The position numbers and the translations under genes are program-made. From Sphyrna mokarran (Eukaryota): a stretch of DNA of 64,000 nucleotides. The stretch lies in NCBI GenBank assembly GCA_024679065.1, contig JAGIQG010000008.1, positions 98,456,001-98,520,000 on the forward strand. The letters run 5' to 3'. Of the stretch, positions 52,396 through 64,000 are shown one piece after another; within the stretch, counting starts at the first letter, position 1; each line of letters opens with the position of its first letter. The notes below the pieces were generated by a model. It worked only from the letters and a program-made list of their open reading frames with translations, was not told the origin of the DNA and made no database searches.

Positions 52396-54019
52396 AGTGT
52401 ACATTCAGAATTGGAATACCTGCAAGAAACAAAGGAAAAGTCTCCATTAACTAAAATCCAACTGAGGCAATACATTAAAGAGAGCAAGTTCTGATCATGG
52501 TCATAAAAACAGAATGATACAGCATGGGAGGAAACCATTCAGCCCATCACACTTGTGCTAACTCTTTAAAAGCACCATCCAATTAGTCTTTTCCGTAGGT
52601 CCATTATTTTTGATTCTTTTCAAGTGTTTACCCTGTTCCATTTTGAAAGTTACTGTTGAATCTGCTTCCATCCCTATTTCAGGCAATGTATTCCAGATCA
52701 TGACTCATTGCATGCAAAAAAAAACTCACATCTCCTTTTCACTCTTTAGCCAATTATCTGAAATCTGGATTCTATGGTTATTCACTTTTCTGCCAGGGGA
52801 AACAGATTTTCCTTATTTACTCGTGAGAAGATTTTGAAGCTCTCTATTAAATCCCCCCATTATTTTCTCTGCTCGAAGAAAAGCCACCACAGCTTCTCCA
52901 ATTTTTTATCCCTTCTACCATTCTGGTAAATCTCCCTGGTATCCTCTCAAAGACTTTGATATTCTTCACAAAGCATGTCACCAACAACTGATCACAACAG
53001 TTCAGTTGGAGCCTAATCATTTTTTTTTAAAGAAGTCATTTCAAGGCTTGCTGCTTTTCTGCATCGCTTAGACACAGAAAGATTTCTGCTTTTGTGACTG
53101 GAGTAGGTTTACATCATGGATGATGGTTAAATTTGTGTTCTCATTAATTCCACAAAATCTCTAGTTCAAACAGATCTGGGAAGTTCTGAATAAGATTGAA
53201 CCATCAATGCCACAACAGCACTGAAAACAATCTCACCAAATCTCCAAGATCATGAAACTTAAAACAGGACAAATGCACAAGTAAGAAATGTCAGTGCAAA
53301 AAGACTGAATTCTCTGGGTTTCAAAGGTCACATTGACTTCGTCCCATTTCTGGATAACCTCAACCAAGACAGAATAGACGAAAGCATCTTGGCTGGTAAA
53401 GAATGGTGCACGTTCTGTCCTCTCAGGTAGATGTTAAAGAATCCATCAACACTATTTTGACATAAGCAGAGATTTTCTTGGTATCTTGCAAATATTTGTT
53501 CCCTGACCACAAAGAGAAAATAAATTACTTGGGCACGAGATTTTGCTCTGCACAACTGTCTGTAAGTGTCCTTGGATTTCAACAGTATGACTACAGTTCA
53601 AAAGCACTTCACTGGCGCTAAAATGCTTCAGAACATTCTGAAGGTCATGAATGGTACTACAGAAATATGAGTGCACATTTTTTATTAGTGCATGGGTTCT
53701 TTTTAGATTAAAAAAAGCTAGGAAATCTACAAATATAGAACAACAAAGGCTCGATGACAGAGAAAAATCTGATAACAGTGCACACACCTTCCAGCATGGC
53801 TTCACAGATCCAAAGTTAAAATGCACGAGCTATCTGTAGGCTGGTAATGCATTCAAAGACCCTATAGAACAGAAATCCCACAAAATTCATATCTTTCTTG
53901 CAGTTGTTGGTTATGTTATACACTGCCATACCTCATCGCTCACCATTATAATACTGCGTGGTGTTAAATATCTGACCTAGCGAAAAGGATCAAAGTAATT
54001 ATAGAGCTAATATATCATC

Positions 54020-54845
54020 AGGGAGAGTCCAAAGCCCAATCATCTTTAGCTACTCAATGACCTTCTTTCCAATGAAACAACTACAGTGGGGACGTTTGCT
54101 CTGATTGCACACTGTTCAATTACATTATGATTCCTTAGGTACTGAAGCAATCTATGCCTGCATGCAGCAAGACATGGACAACATTTAGGTTTGGGCTGAT
54201 AAATGACAAATAATATTCATATTTTGCAAGTGCCAAACAATAGCAAGAGAATCTCTTCTCCTCTTAGCATTTCAACAGTATTACTATTGCTGAATCTCCT
54301 GCAACCACTGGGGGATCACCATTAAACAGAAATGAACAGCCAACTAAATAGCATGCCACAAGAGCAGGTCAGAGAAATTCTGTGCCAAATAACTCAACTT
54401 AGCTCAATTCCATAACACCTGTCCACAATCCATGAGGCACAAGGTAGAAGTGCAAAGGAATGCTCTCCACTTGACTGAATGAATCAATACCAACAACACT
54501 CAGCCCACTTGATTGGCATCCCACCCACCATCCTAAACATTCACAATGGCGCAAGTATCAGCAACATGTACCATCAACAAGATAAATTGCAATTTGCCAA
54601 GACCCCTTCGACAGCACTTTCTATGAACATGCAACTTATCACCTAGATAGACAAGGACACATAGAAATAGCACAGCATACAAATTCTCCTCCAAGTCCCT
54701 CACCATCTTGTTCCTTGGGAGAACAAGGTTAAAATCTTGAAACACCCTTCCTAACAGCACCCATACCTCATGATTGCAATCATTTAATTGTCAACGTCAA
54801 CTAAGGACCTGGCCTTACTAAGAATGCTGACCTCTCATGAATGAA
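54020..54845 (+). mobile_element. Old LINE 3' fragment, same family as 49670-51440
   Basis: gtggggacgtttgctctgat (decayed VG.FADD) followed by family 3' region. Confidence 0.55.
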
Positions 54846-55830
54846 TAAAAGATATATTCGGGCTGCTGAATGTAAGTTTGGTTAAGGGGGTAAATTTTAA
54901 GACTATTTTAAGGGAGAGAAAGGCAGAGATGTTTTAAGGTACCTAACTAATCATAATATTTACTGATATTCTTGTTAATTAAAATGTCATTTTTTTCACT
55001 GATCAATCTGGTTAAGTGTGTTACAACAGCTTGCACTTAAATTGCAGTGCAAGGAGGAAAGGTGAGGAAAGGGTGAAAAGAGGGATAGAGGGACTGAAGA
55101 CCAGAATGAATAAAAACTGCTGAGCACATGAAAAAAAGCCTATAGTATAAATGACAAGTCTTACAGAACAGATAAATATCTTTAATGTTGGATTTCATCA
55201 AGAAAATAAACAGCAAAGCAGCAAATTCAACATACAATCCGACACTTTTATTTACAAGTTTTATAGATTAAAGAATAAAAGAGACAGACTCACAATTTAA
55301 AATCTGCCTTGATATATATACTTTTAAATTTATGATGCTGACTTAAACAAAAACTCAGAATCTGTCAAAAAAAAAGTGCATCAACTCCCAGAGCATCACA
55401 CAGTAAATCATCTTTTAATCTATTTTCAGATACATCCAGCAAATCTAAACATCACATCTTATCACTTCATGCGCTGGGAATATGTCTGCATCAAAGCAGA
55501 AAAGCCCAGATATGAAACAGCATCCCACACAACCTGAGTTCAATTTCAGCATTTGGAAACCTTTATATTGCTTTTTGAATGAAGAGAATCACTGCTCTTT
55601 TTTTTACAATATCTAATTTTAAACATGACTAAATCAGGGAGCTATGAACTGAGCCAAGATTAATTTCCCATGAATAGCATGTGTAGGTAAGAACAAAGAA
55701 CATTACAACACTGGATCATACTCTTCAGCCCTCCAAGTCTGCACCAAACATGCTGCCTGACTTAACTAAAACCCTCTACCCTTCTGGGTACCATATCTCT
55801 CTATTCCCATCATATTCATGGATTTGTCAA

Positions 55831-56005
55831 GACACAGCAAGAAGTCTGACAACACCAGGTTTAAGTCCAATCAATTTATTTGATAGTAAATTCACAAGCT
55901 TTCAAGGTTTCCCTCATCGTCAGGTGACACCTGACAAAGAGGGAAATCCAATGTTGTCAGACTTCTTACTGTGTTTACCCCAGTCCAATGCTGACATCTC
56001 CACAT
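55831..56005. mobile_element. Palindromic PLE mini-element
   Basis: Centre tcaggtg-a-cacctga; arms cagcaagaagtctgacaaca / tgttgtcagacttcttactg; TSD tttgtcaagacac at 55823-55835 and 56006-56018. Confidence 0.8.
55893..55926 (-). ncRNA. Minimal type I hammerhead ribozyme motif (PLE-type)
   Basis: CAC-CUGACGA-U-GAGG(GAAA)CCUU-GAAA-GC-UU-GUG: both core boxes, stem I CAC/GUG, 4-bp stem II, palindromic AAGCUU in place of stem III. Activity unknown. Confidence 0.6.
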
Positions 56006-56192
56006 TTTGTCAAGACACCCCTTAAAAGTCACCATCGTATTCGCTTCCACTACCTCCTCTGGCAACAAGTTCCCATCACTCTCACGTAAAGAGCCTGCTT
56101 CATACATCTCCTTTAAACCTTGCTCCATTGCAACTGATTTAACACAAAATACAGCTGACATGGATGTTCAAACCTGAGAAGGGGTTTCAATG

Positions 56193-57642
56193 AAGGCTGA
56201 GGTGAGTCATGATTGAGATTATGAGGCATACGGACAATGAATAGGAAGCAGCTGTTCCCCATGGTTGAGGGGTCAATCACAAGGGAGTATAGCTTTAGGG
56301 TAAGGAGCAGCAAATTTGGGAGATTTGAGAAAAAACATTCTCACTCGAGGGTAGTGGGAATATGGAATGCACTGTCTGGGAAGGTAGAGGAGGCCAGAAA
56401 TCTTACAACTTTCAAAAAAATTTGGATGAGCACTTGAAATATAATATTCAAGGATATGGGACAAGTGGAGGAAAACGACATCAATGTGACTGTGGTAGTT
56501 ATTGTTGGCGCAGACTCGATGGACCGAAGGGTGTTTTCTGCACTGTATGACTGACTCATAATCAGAGGTTCCTCTTGAACAAGTCATATTTAACATGTAT
56601 GTTACAACATCAGAGCTATAATGACTCCAAAAGTGTTGTTTTCTAAAAGAAATTGTATTTGATTCACATACTCATCATTACCCATTACTAAAAAGCACTA
56701 AAATTCACCTCAATGAGGTGAACCGAGAAAATCTATTTCTGCCAGTCAGTGAGCTGCTCATCGGAATTAATAAACATAAAACCATTAGCAAAAGAGTAAT
56801 GGAGGGTTTTTTTTAATTTGTTTCTCCAACTGAGGACTGTTCAGACTTTAAATTTCTGACCAAAAACAGCAAGGGATTCAGAATCCGCAATAACTTTTAA
56901 AAGGGAAAGGGCTAAGTAATTGAAGATTAAGGATTTTAAAGAACGCAGGAATAAGTGGATATTTCTTTCAAAGCACAAGTATAGCAGGCTGAATATCCTC
57001 CTTCTGGGCTGTAAAATTCTATGAATCTAACAGTAAAACTCATAATAAAAGAAATAATACAAAAATTGAACAAAAGCATTACTTTAATTGCCGAGAAACT
57101 TAAAAATTGAGTCATTGTACTCTAGCGCACTACTGTCGTAAGCTTTTTAGTAATGGGTAATGAGTATGTGAATCAAATACAATTTCTTTTAGAAAACAAC
57201 ACTTTTGGAGTCATTACAGCTCTGATGTTGTAACATACATGTTAAGTATGGCTTGTTCAAGAGGAACCTCTGATTATGAGTCAGTCATACAGTGCAGAAA
57301 ACACCCTTCGGTCCATCGAGTCTGCGCCAACAATAACTACCACAGTCACATTGATGTCATTTTCCTCCACTTGTCCCATGTCCTTGAATGTTATATTTCA
57401 AGTGCTCATCCAAATTTTTTTGAAAGTTGTAAGATTTCTGGCCTCCTCTACCTTCCCAGACAGTGCATTCCATATTCCCACTACCCTCAAGTGAGAATGT
57501 TTTTTCTCAAATCTCCCAAATTTGCTGCTCCTTACCCTAAAGCTATACTCCCTTGTGATTGACCCCTCAACCATGGGGAACAGCTGCTTCCTATTCATTG
57601 TCCGTATGCCTCATAATCTCAATCATGACCCACCTCAGCCTT
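56193..57642. repeat. Inverted duplication, arms 56193-56696 and 57142-57642, 445-bp spacer
   Basis: Arms are reverse complements with about 8 substitutions and one 3-bp indel; mirrored ORFs in the track (56237+/57398-, 56273-/57239+). Confidence 0.95.
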
Positions 57643-58640
57643 TTCTGCTCTAAAGAAAACAATGCAAATCCATCAGTCTCTCCTTAATAATCAAATGCTC
57701 CATCTCAGCAACATCCTGGTGAATCTACTCTGTGCTATCGCAGCCATTCTACAGTGAGGTGACCAGAACTGCACACAGTACTCCATCTGTGGTCTAACCA
57801 ATGTTTTAATACAGTTTCAATATTATCTCCCTGCTCTCAAATTCTATTCCACAACTGACAGAAGCATGTGTCCCATATGCCTTATCTATCCTATTCACCT
57901 GCTCTGCCACCATCAGGAATCTGAAAATAAGTACCCCAAGCTCCATCTGTTCCTCTGAGCTTTGTAGTGTCCTGCTATTCTGCTAGATACTCCTTGTCTT
58001 GTTACTTCTTCCAAAGTGCATAACCTCGCACTTAAATACCATCTGCCACTGTTCTGTCCATCTGACCAACACAACTTTATCTTCCTGTAACCTTCTTCAT
58101 CACTATTAACCATCCTACAAAACTTAACGTCATCTGAAAACTTGCTTATCACTCTCCCCACATTTTCTATATTATTTATGTATCATTGCCACTGCACACT
58201 GGCCTCCTGTCACTGAAACAGCCTTTTACCACTTCTATTTGTGCCCTATTACTTAGCCAATTTCAGCTTCATCTCACCAAGTCTCCCTGAATTCCACGTG
58301 CTTCAACCTTCTCAATCAGTCTTCCACGTGGGACCTTGTCAAAGGCTTTGCTAAAAGCCATATAAACTACATCAACTGCACTTCCCTCATCCACACACTT
58401 GATCACGTTTCCAAAAAAATTCTATCAAATTTACTAAGCATGAACTCTTTCTGACAAAGATATGCTGACTAATTCGCCCATGTATTTCCAAAGCAGAGAC
58501 TAATTCTCTCCTTTAGAATTTTCTCCAATACTTTCCCTCACATTGACATGCGGCTCACCGGTAATTTTCTGGTTCACCAAGACCACCTTTCTGAAAGGGA
58601 GAATCACATTAGCTATTCTCCAATCCTCTGGCACTTCCTC
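57285..58640 (-). mobile_element. Decayed CR1 LINE
   Basis: SEEVPEDWRIANV, KFSDD, and VDVVYMAFSKAFDKVP (minus, ~58330-58377); CR1 3' UTR at ~57290. Confidence 0.85.
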
Positions 58641-58647
58641 TGAGAGA

Positions 58648-59517
58648 AGTCCAACAGGTTTATTTGGTAGCATAAGCTTTCGAAGTGTCGCTCCTTCTTC
58701 AGATGAATGAGGAGTTGTGTATGCAAACAGGGCATATAAAGGCACAAACTCAACTTACAAGATGATGGTTGAAAAGTGAGTTTTTACAGGTAATCAAGTC
58801 TTAAAAGCACAAACAACGTGAGTGGAGAGAGGGTTAAGAAGAGGTTAAAGGGATGTGTATTGTCTCCAGCTAGGACAGTTAGTAAGATTTTGCAAGCTCA
58901 GGCAAATTGTCAGAAAGTGTGATATGAACCCAAGATCCCGGTTGAGGCCGTCCTCATGTGTGTGGAACTTGGCTATCAATTTCTGCTCAGCGACTCTGCG
59001 TTGTCATGTGTTATGAAGGCCGCCTTGGAGAATGCTTACCCAAAGATCAGAAGCTGAATGCCTGTGACCACTGAAGTATTCCCCAACAGGAAGGAAACCA
59101 TCTTACTGGGTTATTGTCAAGCGGTGTACATTCATCCATTGTTATAGCACTTGCACGGTCTCCCCAACTATCATGCCTTGGGACATCCTTTCCTGCAGTG
59201 CATCAGGTAGACAATGTTGGCCAAGTCGCAAGAGTACGCACCACGTACAAGTGGGTAATGTTCTCACGTGAGAACATGGGAGGAGATGGCATCTGTGTGG
59301 ATGATCCGATGTATCTCGCAGAGGTTACTGTGGCAGGGTTGTGTGGTGTCGTGGTCACTGTTCTCCTGAAGGCTGGGTAATTTGGTACGGACGATGGTCT
59401 ATTTGAGGTTGTGTGGCAGTTTGAATGCAAGAAATGGGGGTGTGGGATTGCCTTGGCGAGATGCTCGTCTTCATCGATGACATATTGAAGGCTCTGGAGA
59501 AGATATCATAGCTTCTC
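58648..59517 (-). mobile_element. Penelope-like element 3' part with hammerhead motif
   Basis: Homologous to 26290-27190; minus 58671-58705 reads CAU-CUGAAGA-A-GGAG(CGACA)CUUC-GAAA-GC-UU-AUG. Confidence 0.85.
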
Positions 59518-59518
59518 C

Positions 59519-60225
59519 TATGGACAAGCCCTCCTTATACACAGGATCTGCTCAGATGAGAGGATCACAACAGACGCCTCCAGACACTGCAAGATGCTCT
59601 CATAAGAACAGAATATGGTGCTTGACTCATCGATCGACAGTTCCGACGTGCCACAGCGAAATATCACTCGGCCTCTTCAGAAGACAAATACAGGACACAG
59701 TGGACAGAAAACCCTTCTTCATTCAGTACTTTCCCGGAGTGGAGAAGCTTTGACATCTTCTCTGGAGGCTTCAACATGTCATCGATGAAGACGAACATCG
59801 TGCCAAGGCCTTCCCCACACCCCCACTTCTTGCCTTCAAACAACTGCACAACCTCAAACAGACCACTGTCCACAGCAAACAACTCAACCTTCAGGAGAAG
59901 TGACCACAACATCACACAACCCTGCCAAAGCAACCTCTGCAAGACATGATGCATCACTGACATGGATGTCATCATCTTATGTGCTAACACCAGCCACCAG
60001 GTACACTGTACATACTCTTACAGCTCGGCCAATGTCTACCTGATACGCTGCAGGAAGGGACATCCTGAAGCATGGTACGTTGACGAGATCATGCAGATGC
60101 TACGACAACGAATGAATGAACACCACTCAACCATCGCCAGGCAGGAGTGTTCCCTTTCTGTCAGGGAACACTCCAGCAGTCAAGGGCATTCAGCCTCTGA
60201 TCTTCGGATAAGCATTCTCCGAGGT
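59519..60225 (+). mobile_element. Penelope-like fragment (RT C-terminus to GIY-YIG), inverted relative to its neighbour
   Basis: YGQALLIHRICSDE, PFFIQYFPGVEKL, ANVYLIRCRKGHPEAWYVDE..Q.LRQRMNEH. Confidence 0.85.
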
Positions 60226-60819
60226 GCCATTCTGAAAGGCGATATATAAATGGAGTTTCGTGTTGTCTTTATTTGGAAATGTAAGGCAGATCCCAGCTGA
60301 AAGTCAGAAACACCCAGCACTAAAACAAAGCACGATACCTAAAGTGTGAAACCTCCATAAACAGAGCTGGCTGTTTTTAATATATTGGAGACAGAAATAT
60401 TTGCATTGATATAGCATTCATACATTTTCAAAACACCTAAGCAATAACTTGAACTTACATTGCAACATTAATATATTAAAAAAATTCCAAGGTGCTTCAC
60501 AGGAGTAGACAGGTAAAAATAGTCACCCCCAAAAAAAGGAGATATTGGGAAGGGTAACTATGAGTTCTCCGGGATCTTTCAAGTAGAAGAGAAATATAGG
60601 ACATTAGACCACTTCACACAATTAATTACTTCCTGCAAATCAAATTAATTGCATGAATGATCAGGTTCATGTGTGCATATTTCTATTCTGTATATCCCAG
60701 TGTTAGATGATTATAATGGAGGAAAGCGTGTAACCTATCTAGTTCATTCTTCTATGAAAAACAATAGTTTGCATCATTACAGCTTCAAGTAGCAGCCCTT
60801 GCTCGATGGCAGATCTTGC

Positions 60820-61450
60820 GAATAGTCAAATCATTGGTTTAAGTCCTTCTTAAGAATTGCACACATATACAAGACTAGGAGGAGATGCTGCATCATCAGA
60901 AGGCTGGTGCTGGCGAGGTGCTGCACCATTGGAGGGCCAGTGCTGGGGGGGGCACCGCACCATCAGAACATCAATATACAGCAGCGCTGCACTGTTGGAA
61001 GGGAGTACTTAAGGAGCGCTGCACTGTCATGTGTCAGTACTGAAGGAGGACTACATTGTCAGGAGGTCAATACCTGGAGAACACTGCATTGTTGGAGGGG
61101 CAGTAGAAGAAGTCCTTCACTGCCAAGAACAATACTTAGAGTGTTGCAATATGAAAGGTCAGTATTGAGAGAGCACCACAATATCAGAGGGGCAGTACTG
61201 TAAACATACAACACTGTTGTTTGCAACCTTTCAAATGAAGTGTTACACTGAAGCCCATGTGCCCTCAGGTGAATGAGAAGTATTTGGTAAGAGCTGATTG
61301 TTCTCATATAAACTGACCAGGAACCCCAAAGCAGATTACCTAATCTATTTATTTCATATGCTGTTTGTGAGACCTTACAATCTGCAAATAAGCTGCTGCT
61401 TTACAACAACAACCACACTTCAAAACTATTAGCTGAATACTTTGAGTCAT
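60820..61450 (+). mobile_element. Deu/SacSINE-like SINE with internally expanded ~33-bp tandem array (60880-61200)
   Basis: Repeated unit like gaggtgctgcaccattggagggccagtgct, followed by SINE core ctttcaaatgaagtgttacactgaagccc. Confidence 0.6.
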
Positions 61451-61752
61451 GTTTTAAATTGTTCATGGGGTGCAATCGCCGTTAGCAAGGCTCACATTTG
61501 TTGCTCATTTGTAATTACCCTTGAGAAGGTGATGGTGAGCCGTCCTCTAAACTGCTACAGTCCTGAACAGTTGTTTGGAAGGAAGTTTCAGGTTTTTTTT
61601 TATCTAGTAGCTGTGAAGCAACAGTGATATAGCTCAATTCAAGATAATAAGTAATTTGGAAGGGAAATGACAGGTGATGATATTTCCATCAGTCTGCTGC
61701 CTTTATCCTTCTATGTGTGATAGAGATTGCATGTTTGGGAGTTGCTGTTAGA

Positions 61753-62058
61753 AATCATAGAAACTCTACAGTGCAGAAGGAAGCCATTCGACTCATCTAG
61801 TCTGCACCAACAACAATCCTAACTAGGCCTTATCCCTGTAACCCCACATTTTACCTCAGCAGTCCTCTAACTTATGTACCCGGGACACTAAGGGGCAACT
61901 GAGTATGGCCGACGCACCTAACCCGCACGTCTTTGGACTGTGGAAGGAAACCCATGCAGACACAGAAACAACGTGCAAACACCACACAGTGAACTAAGTT
62001 GGGAAATCGAACCTAGGTCCCTGGAACTGTGAGGCAACAGTGCTAATCACTGTGCCTC
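61753..62058 (-). mobile_element. tRNA-derived SINE with CR1-like tail
   Basis: Minus head ggcacagtgattagcactgttgcctcacag, B box ggttcgattt; tail ...ctgcactgtagagtttctatga. Confidence 0.75.
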
Positions 62059-63484
62059 CAAGGCTTGGCAAGTAACTTCAGTGCATCTTTTAGTGGTGCA
62101 CGCTGCTGCCACTGTCAGCTAATAGTGGAAGGAGTGAATGTATAAGGCTATGAACGGTACTAGAAAAGTGCAAATTTGTTCTTTGTTCATTTGCTCTTAC
62201 AAAGATGATGTAGGATGGGAGGAGACTTGTGTGGGTCAGAAACAAACCAGCAGGGCCAAATGGCCTTTGTCAATGCAATGATGTCTATGTAACATTCCTA
62301 GATACACTTACCAAACAAAGTTCTACTAATTTCCATCGTGAAAATTTCAGCTGATCACACCTCCCACCCCTCAGAAGAGTTCTGAACATCCACAAGTGTG
62401 GAAAAAGTGCTTCTTGACATCACCATGAACAACCAGGTTCCACTGTTAAGATTACATATCCTTGTATTCCCACACAAGAAAAAAATTCTTTTTCTATCCC
62501 TTTATCATTTGAAATATCCTAATCATATCTCGACTTTCTAATCTCAAGAGTTCACAAGCCAAGATCATTCAGGTAGTCCTGGTAAATTTAATCTTTGAAA
62601 CTAGTTTTGTCCTGTTGAATCTGCACCATATCCTTTCTAAAGTCATTGCATCTTTCTTAAAGTTTAGTATCCAAAACTGAACAGTTACTCCAGATGGGGT
62701 CTAATTAACACTTTGTAAAACTGAAGCATCACATTCTCCTTTTTGCATTCAGTCCCTTGAGATAACAGATAATATTTCATTAGTCTTTGTATACCATTAC
62801 GATTTGTGCACATAAACAACCTAAGTCCCTTTGCTGCTCCACATCATCGAGTAACTCCACCCACTTGCAAGCTCCCCTCTAAGCCACACAACCATCCTGA
62901 TTTGCAACTATATTACCATTCCTTTATTGTCACTTGAACAAAATCCTGCAACTCCCTTCCTAACAGCACTGTGGGTGTGCCTGCATGGACTCCAGTGTTC
63001 AAGTAGACAGCTCAACTCCACCTTCTCGAGGGCAATTACAAATGGGTAATAAATGCTGACCTAGCCAGTGACATCCCAAAAAAGAATTTTTAAAAATCTT
63101 TCCAATCTGCCTTCCTACAAGCGAGACAATAATGGAATTATGGTCTGGAATATGCACCTAAAATGCTGGCAAAAGAAGATTCAACAGTAATTGTGAAAGG
63201 ACATTAGATAACAAGGGAAAAGAAGAAATTATGCAGTGTTATCGGGGAGGAGGTTGGAGATGGTGCAGTACAGAAAGGCTGTCATTGGATATATCTTTGT
63301 AAGCAGCTTGCTTCAATGGCCTCCTCCTGTGCAGTATTTTTTTTAAATCAATTGATTCAATGTAGTGTAAGGAGGAGTAATACATTGCATAAGATATCAG
63401 GACATTCAGCCCAAATCTGTGCTAGCACTTGTACTCTACATGGGTATCCTCCCATTCCATTTGTATTCATCTCAGCACCTCATA

Positions 63485-64000
63485 ATCATAGCGTTTTACA
63501 GCACAGAAAGAGGCCTTTTGGCCAATCATGTCCATGCTGGCCATTAAGCACCAATTTATTCTAATCCTATCTCCAGCATTTGGTCTGTAGCCTTGTGCGC
63601 TATGGCATTTCAAGTGCTCATTTAAATACTTCTTAAATGTTGTGATGGCTCCCATATCTATCTCACTTTCAGGCAGTGAGTTCCAGATTCCCACCACCAT
63701 TTGAGTAGGTGGTTTTCCCTTGCATCTTTTAGAAACCTCTCACACCAAACAAACCAATGCCCTCTGGTTACTGACCCTTCTAAGGGGGGAAAGTTCCTTC
63801 CTATTAACCCCATGCCCTTCATTATTTTTTGCTCCAGTCAGATTCGCACTCGACCCACTCAACTCTGAGGAAAACAACTGCAGCCTATCCAATGTTTCTT
63901 CACAGCTGAAACGCTCCAGCTTGCTAGTGAATCTGCTCTGTACGTTCTCTACCGCAATTGCTTCCTTCCTATAGTGTGACAACCAGGAGTGCATACAGTA
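63485..64000 (-). mobile_element. CR1 3' fragment running off the window
   Basis: HYRKEAIAVENVQSRFT and VVGIWNSLPE; CR1-type 3' UTR near 63490. Confidence 0.8.

Noticed and set aside
56237-57598. Pairs of nearly identical small ORFs on opposite strands
   Set aside because: By-products of the inverted duplication of a CR1 3' end.
60880-61200. Periodic ~33-35-bp repeats (also 15270-15646) resembling a CRISPR array
   Set aside because: Vertebrate intron, degenerate tandem units without unique spacers, no cas genes.
52420-64000. PHRF1 promoter or non-coding first exon
   Set aside because: No CpG island or convincing exon seen; an isolated donor-like site near 62310 lacks other support. Probably beyond the window.

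Overview
Eukaryotic (vertebrate) genomic DNA. The CR1, tRNA-derived SINE, Deu/SacSINE-like and Penelope repeat content suggests a shark (inference). The whole window lies inside one minus-strand gene, PHRF1 (RING + PHD + RS-rich protein). I can assemble 13 coding exons with GT-AG boundaries and consistent phases, from the ATG at 52395 down to a 3411-bp RS-domain exon ending at 3403 (5059 coding nt). The promoter/first exon probably lies right of the window and the C-terminal exons lie left of it. Introns are filled with decayed retroelements. Most notable: (1) a SINE tail with clustered T>C changes (A>G on the minus strand) inside a chimeric CR1 insertion, a probable fossil of an ADAR-hyper-edited RNA; (2) several TSD-flanked palindromic Penelope-like mini-elements, some with minimal hammerhead ribozyme cores; (3) a candidate poison exon splitting the PHD finger; (4) a ~500-bp near-perfect inverted duplication and a 133-bp templated insertion. 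All alignments were done by eye and repeat boundaries are approximate.
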